From: Mageeibacillus sp. UBA5734
GTDB lineage: Bacteria > Bacillota > Clostridia > Saccharofermentanales > UBA5734
Assembly (NCBI GenBank): GCA_002419365.1
Contig: DIGA01000116.1
Coordinates: 6,826-70,825 of the forward strand
Direction of reading: 5' to 3'
Length of the DNA stretch: 64,000 nt
This document shows positions 57,745-64,000 of the stretch, piece after piece; the first letter of the stretch is position 1; each line of letters opens with the position of its first letter. A model generated the notes under the pieces. That model ran no database searches. It was not told the DNA's origin and saw only the letters and a list, made by a program, of their open reading frames with translations. The position numbers and the translations under genes are program-made.

Positions 57745-58437
57745 TCAGGCCGAATAATTCTGCAAAGCTTCCAGATCGAGAATTTCGATTTCCCGGGATT
57801 TGCCCAGCCGGATGATTCCTTCATCCTGCAGCTGGGCCAGTTTGCGGCTCACAGTTTCGCGGGTCAGGCCGGTGAAATTGGCAATATCCTCGCGTGATAA
57901 ATTCAAGTCGAATCGTCTCTGGCTGCCGCTTTTTTCATAGAGCTGCAACAGCAGGTGGGCCAGGCGGGGCAGTCCTTCATGGGTCGCCAGGCTCTGGACC
58001 AGGCTGCGCAGGTTCGTCAGCTTTCGGTTCATGGCCTGCATGATTTTAAATCCAATCAGGGGGTTTTTCTGGATCAGCTCGCGCATCCGGTCCTGCGAGA
58101 TGACACAGAGGACGGTCGGCTCCTGGGCCATGGCTTCATGACTGTAGGTTGCATCACCCATCAGGTCCAGCTCTCCAGTGAAATCGCCCGTCTGCAGGAT
58201 ATCCAGGTTTTGTTCCTTGCCTTCGATGGTCGTTTTGAACAGGCGGATCGATCCACGTGTGACAATCAGCAACTTGTCAGCACGGTCTCCTTCATGGTAG
58301 ACCGTCTGTCCTTTGGCATACGCCACATGCAAGATCAGGCGGATGATTTCCAGCTGCTCCTCAGGCGTCAGGCCGGCGAAAATCGGCACCTTGCCAGTGC
58401 ACACATGATGCTCGCATTCCAGGCAATGATTGGCCAT
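57745..58437 (-). CDS. Crp/Fnr-family transcriptional regulator with N-terminal Cys cluster
   Basis: N-terminal HCLECEHHVC (CxxCx4C), a cNMP-binding-like barrel, and a C-terminal HTH (REDIANFTGLTRETVSRKLAQL). Confidence 0.85.
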   Translation of the reverse strand: MANHCLECEHHVCTGKVPIFAGLTPEEQLEIIRLILHVAYAKGQTVYHEGDRADKLLIVTRGSIRLFKTTIEGKEQNLDILQTGDFTGELDLMGDATYSHEAMAQEPTVLCVISQDRMRELIQKNPLIGFKIMQAMNRKLTNLRSLVQSLATHEGLPRLAHLLLQLYEKSGSQRRFDLNLSREDIANFTGLTRETVSRKLAQLQDEGIIRLGKSREIEILDLEALQNYSA

Positions 58438-58482
58438 GTGGTATCCCTCCAGAAAAAAATCCCTCTCATGTCATTTTAGTCC

Positions 58483-58511
58483 TTGACAACCCATCTGAAA
58501 ACCTTTACCAT
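58483..58511 (+). promoter_or_regulatory. weak candidate promoter of the DAACS transporter gene
   Basis: TTGACA (58483-58488), 17 nt, TACCAT (58506-58511). Confidence 0.3.
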
Positions 58512-58519
58512 AACCATTA

Positions 58520-58533
58520 ATTCATATCTGAAT
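58520..58533. promoter_or_regulatory. 5-4-5 palindrome ATTCA-tatc-TGAAT between the promoter and the RBS of the transporter gene
   Basis: Seen directly in the sequence; function unknown. Confidence 0.25.
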
Positions 58534-58555
58534 ACTAGGAATTAGAGAGGTTCCC

Positions 58556-59899
58556 ATGGTCATTTCGTCTGTCATCCTGATTCTCTTCATCTTTACATTG
58601 CTCGCCGCCTTGCTTGCTCGACTCGCCAAAAAGCAGATCGGCTTCACCACCCGGGTCACCATCGCCCTGGGACTGGGCCTGGTTTTTGGCGCGGTCATCC
58701 AGATTATTTTCGGGAGCACGGGGGAGGTGACCACACTGGTCAAGAACTGGTTATCCATTGTCGCCTTCGGCTTCACCAAGCTGCTCCAGTTCCTGATCGT
58801 TCCGCTCGTTCTAGTCTCCATCCTGGGTGCCATCAGCAAAGTAGAAGGCAGCGTCCGGGCCGCCCGGACCAGCATCAAAGTGATTGCTGTCCTGCTCGGG
58901 ACCACAGCCATTTCTGCTGTCATTGGATTTCTCGTTGTGCCACTGTTTGGCCTGGATGCCAGTGCCCTGGTCAAAGCAGTTGAAAAAACCGACAAAGTCC
59001 CGACTGACATCCCCACCTCCTTGCTCAACATCATCCCCAACAACCTGTTTTCCGCTTTGACATCCAACAACGCGCTACCGATAGTCCTGATCGCCGTCCT
59101 GCTCGGTTTTGCCTTCCTATTGATCAAGCGGGAAAATGAAGCACTCGGCCAACGTCTGGCAGACGGAGTCGATGCCGCACGGACCGTCGTCATGACCGTC
59201 ACCGACCTGGTGATCAGCCTGACACCATATGGCGTCCTGGCCCTGATTACCCGAGTCACAGCTGCCAATGATTTCAAGAGTGTCCTGACTTTGCTCCAGT
59301 TTGTCCTGGCAACCTTTGCTGCTTTGATTGCAGTATTTATCATCCATTTGACCATTGTTGCTTTGGCAGGCATCAACCCCATTGACTATCTCAAAAAAGC
59401 CGCCGATCCGCTGCTCTTCGCCTTCACATCGCGCAGCAGTGCTGCGACCCTGCCCCTGACAATCAAGGCCCAGACCGACAAGCTCGGCGTCAGCCCAATC
59501 CACGCTGACCTGGCTGGTTCTTTCGCCACGACGATCGGCCAGAACGGCTGCGCTGGTGTCTACCCGGCAGTTGTCGCAACACTCGTTGCTTCATCGCTGG
59601 GCATCAACATCTGGAGTCTGTCCTTTATCCTGCCACTCATCCTCTACATCACGGTCAGCTCGATTGGCATCGCTGGAGTGGGCGGTGGAGCAACCAATGC
59701 AACCATCCTTGTTCTCTCGCTGTTAGGCCTGCCGATAGAGCTGGTAGCCATCTTGGTTTCCGTAGAGTTCCTGGTCGACATGGGTCGCACCGCTCTCAAC
59801 GTCAATGATGCGATCGTCACGGGTGTTGTGGTCTCCCGCTGGGAAAAGGGACTCGACACCAATGTCCTGCAACAAGAAGCAGGATCGTCTGCTATCTGA
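58556..59899 (+). CDS. dicarboxylate/amino acid:cation symporter (DAACS) family transporter, TcyP-like (possible cystine uptake)
   Basis: 447-aa polytopic protein with SDF-family blocks (FTSRSSAATLP, GIAGVGGGATNA, DMGRTALNVNDA). Confidence 0.8.
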   Translation: MVISSVILILFIFTLLAALLARLAKKQIGFTTRVTIALGLGLVFGAVIQIIFGSTGEVTTLVKNWLSIVAFGFTKLLQFLIVPLVLVSILGAISKVEGSVRAARTSIKVIAVLLGTTAISAVIGFLVVPLFGLDASALVKAVEKTDKVPTDIPTSLLNIIPNNLFSALTSNNALPIVLIAVLLGFAFLLIKRENEALGQRLADGVDAARTVVMTVTDLVISLTPYGVLALITRVTAANDFKSVLTLLQFVLATFAALIAVFIIHLTIVALAGINPIDYLKKAADPLLFAFTSRSSAATLPLTIKAQTDKLGVSPIHADLAGSFATTIGQNGCAGVYPAVVATLVASSLGINIWSLSFILPLILYITVSSIGIAGVGGGATNATILVLSLLGLPIELVAILVSVEFLVDMGRTALNVNDAIVTGVVVSRWEKGLDTNVLQQEAGSSAI

Positions 59900-59938
59900 C
59901 ACTACACTCGGGCAACCCTTGCCATGACGCAGTTTACG

Positions 59939-59978
59939 AAAAAGACCCATCCGGACGCTTTTGCCGGATAGGTCTTTT
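59939..59978. terminator. bidirectional intrinsic terminator between the transporter gene and rubrerythrin
   Basis: A-run, 12-bp stem (59943-59954 with 59964-59975; one C:A pair on plus, which is G:U on minus), then TTTT. Confidence 0.65.
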
Positions 59979-60004
59979 CACAATCTACTGTGAGTCAGAT
60001 TCAA

Positions 60005-60499
60005 TCAGTACTGGATGAACTTTTCGCCAGGAACGCCGCAGATGCTGCATTTGCCGGGGCGGACTTTCTCGATGTTGCCGCAGACGGGGCAGAGATAATA
60101 GAAGACTTCGTCTGTCTGGTCGAGAGAGTCGAGTGCTTCCTGGTACAGTCGGGCGTGGACTTCTTCGGCCTTCATCGCATAGTTGAAAGAAAGCAGGGCA
60201 GCTTTGTTGCCTTCTTCTTCAGCCAATTTGACAAAATCAGGGTACATGTCTTTGTATTCATAGGTTTCGCCAGCGACAGCGTCCTTGAGGTTGTCGGCAG
60301 TCGTGCCGATCTTGCCGGCAACTTCAAAATGCTTCAGCGCATGCAGGGTTTCGGCATCAGAAGCTGCTTTGAAGAGTTTGGCAGCATTGAGGTTGCCATC
60401 TTTCTCAGCCTGCTTGGAGTAAGCCAGATACTTGCGGTTGGCCTGGGACTCGCCAGCAAAAGCCGCCATCAGGTTGTCATACGTTTTGTTGTCTGCCAT
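60005..60499 (-). CDS. rbr: rubrerythrin
   Basis: Ferritin-like diiron domain (AGESQANRKY...EEVH) and a C-terminal rubredoxin-like CPVCG...CSICG. Start set at ATG 60499 with a GGAGG RBS. Confidence 0.9.
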   Translation of the reverse strand: MADNKTYDNLMAAFAGESQANRKYLAYSKQAEKDGNLNAAKLFKAASDAETLHALKHFEVAGKIGTTADNLKDAVAGETYEYKDMYPDFVKLAEEEGNKAALLSFNYAMKAEEVHARLYQEALDSLDQTDEVFYYLCPVCGNIEKVRPGKCSICGVPGEKFIQY

Positions 60500-60586
60500 G
60501 TTTCTAGTCCTCCAGATTTTTTTGATATGCAAATCCATTCCGGATTTGTTTCGATGGAATCATCCTTACCAATCATTGCAGATATC

Positions 60587-60600
60587 TTGATATTGAGCAA
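60587..60600. promoter_or_regulatory. FNR/CRP-type box TTGATATTGAGCAA upstream of rubrerythrin
   Basis: Matches TTGAT-N4-ATCAA at 9/10 positions. Centre is about 94 nt upstream of the rbr ATG, the same spacing as the ric box. Confidence 0.35.
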
Positions 60601-60631
60601 TCCCTATTTGTTCTTTTTATCGATAAGTCGT

Positions 60632-63270
<2,639 letters not shown>

Positions 63271-63322
63271 ACGGTCACCACCTGACTCTGGAAGATAAAC
63301 AGAACTTGCTATGGTTTTAAAT

Positions 63323-63337
63323 TTGTAATCATTACAA
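63323..63337. promoter_or_regulatory. PerR/Fur-type operator TTGTAATCATTACAA
   Basis: Perfect 7-1-7 palindrome. It lies immediately downstream of a minus-strand TATAAT (63341-63346) and 53 nt upstream of the perR ATG. Confidence 0.6.
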
Positions 63338-63360
63338 TTTATTATACAGCATTATTTTTA

Positions 63361-63398
63361 AAATGGCGCATGGTTTTTTGACAAACCTTGCGCCATTT
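63361..63398. terminator. bidirectional hairpin terminator between the 63.4-kb membrane protein gene and the perR promoter
   Basis: AAATGGCGCA (63361-63370) pairs with TGCGCCATTT (63389-63398), with 5 further inner pairs. A/T runs flank both sides. Confidence 0.5.
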
Positions 63399-63429
63399 TA
63401 TTACATACTTCGGTTCTGTTCAGAAGGGA

Positions 63430-64000
63430 TTAAAGCTTGACCGTTTTCCGGATCACCATGGCGACTGTTTTGATGGTATCCACCGCAAATCCGAACAAGG
63501 ACAGGCCAATCACGACACGGGCCAGGAACACTGGCATCCGAAGGCCAAGGAGCATCGGATCAGCCGACTGGGTCAGGGCAAACATCTGGGTGAAAAAGTC
63601 TGGATTGAACAGCCCAGGGTGATTGAACATGACAATCGTCAGGATCAGGCCTGGAATGTCAATCAGCAAAGCCCCGATCGATAGCGGGATCGTCCAGCGA
63701 CCGGTGACGAGCTTGGCGATCTCTTTGATCAATGCGATCCCCAGCGTTGCCAGGATAAAGGGCAGATACAGGCGGTAGACGGGCTCATTGAACAGTGGCA
63801 CCATCTGGCCACCCGGCATACCGGTCCAATACAAGCCAACCAGCCGGGGAACAAAATTGGCCAGAATCATGGCGATCAGGATGAAGATCATGCTGGCAAT
63901 CGGATCTGCCGGGTGGATGCGCTCCTCTTTGCGGGGAACCTCGGGCAAATCGCGCGGATCAAAGGCTTCTGACTTGGCCACGTCGATTTTCTCCGGACTG
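63430..64000 (-). CDS. hypothetical polytopic membrane protein (reading frame stays open to the window edge, so the 5' end may lie outside)
   Basis: The track ORF starts at a GTG (63981), but no stop codon lies upstream in frame up to position 64000. TM segments include IASMIFILIAMILANFV, LYLPFILATLGIALI, LSIGALLIDIPGLILTIVMF and VFLARVVIGLSLFGFAV. Confidence 0.5.
   Translation of the reverse strand, partial: SPEKIDVAKSEAFDPRDLPEVPRKEERIHPADPIASMIFILIAMILANFVPRLVGLYWTGMPGGQMVPLFNEPVYRLYLPFILATLGIALIKEIAKLVTGRWTIPLSIGALLIDIPGLILTIVMFNHPGLFNPDFFTQMFALTQSADPMLLGLRMPVFLARVVIGLSLFGFAVDTIKTVAMVIRKTVKL

Overview
Gene-dense chromosomal segment with about 57 protein genes. I recognised no rRNA, tRNA, CRISPR array, prophage or transposase gene. 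GC content looks moderately high (mid to upper 50s % by eye, not computed). Gene content and order look like a Gram-positive-type, Bacillota/Clostridia-like anaerobe: yceD-rpmF, yqeY-rpsU, tmcAL, DUF1934, RNase J, LCP, LysM and several TGnTATAAT promoters. The exact taxon cannot be told from the sequence alone.

Layout:
- 0.2-10.5 kb (minus strand): tightly packed housekeeping array ddl-murI-DUF1934-yceD-rpmF-DUF512-der-typA-mltG-U32.
- 11.0-12.5 kb (plus): small membrane protein coupled to an RluA-type pseudouridine synthase.
- 12.5-20.5 kb (minus): pta-ackA-proS followed by an eight-gene Mrp/Mbh-type cation/proton antiporter module, mnhE-F-G-(DUF4040)-(MbhE-like)-B-C-D, with no full-length MrpA.
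- 20.6-37 kb: anchored hypothetical protein, tmcAL, tyrS, rpsT, RNase J, PocR/AraC regulator, relA, recJ, yqeY, rpsU, HIT, alaS.
- 37.8-48.5 kb: DUF1015 + DUF2298 (YYY) operon, a LysM protein with a degenerate PP2C-like domain, a CCA-type nucleotidyltransferase, an RCC1/FN3 surface protein and DUF2207.
- 48.6-55.5 kb: serC-serA, LCP, MATE, PAS-GGDEF-EAL.
- 55.7-63.3 kb: oxidative/nitrosative stress island (fprA-ric, Crp/Fnr regulator, DAACS transporter, rubrerythrin, perR-katG) with recognisable PerR and FNR-type operator candidates.

The least expected signal is non-coding. A 559-bp hairpin- and repeat-rich element with 26-bp terminal inverted repeats and a perfect 8-bp target-site duplication lies between alaS and the DUF1015 gene. 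A 240-bp relative with the same termini lies upstream of ddl. Together they look like a MITE-like family with no transposase in this window.

Limits: all family calls are by eye from the translations, start codons were refined from RBS and overlap logic, and no database search or folding computation was possible.
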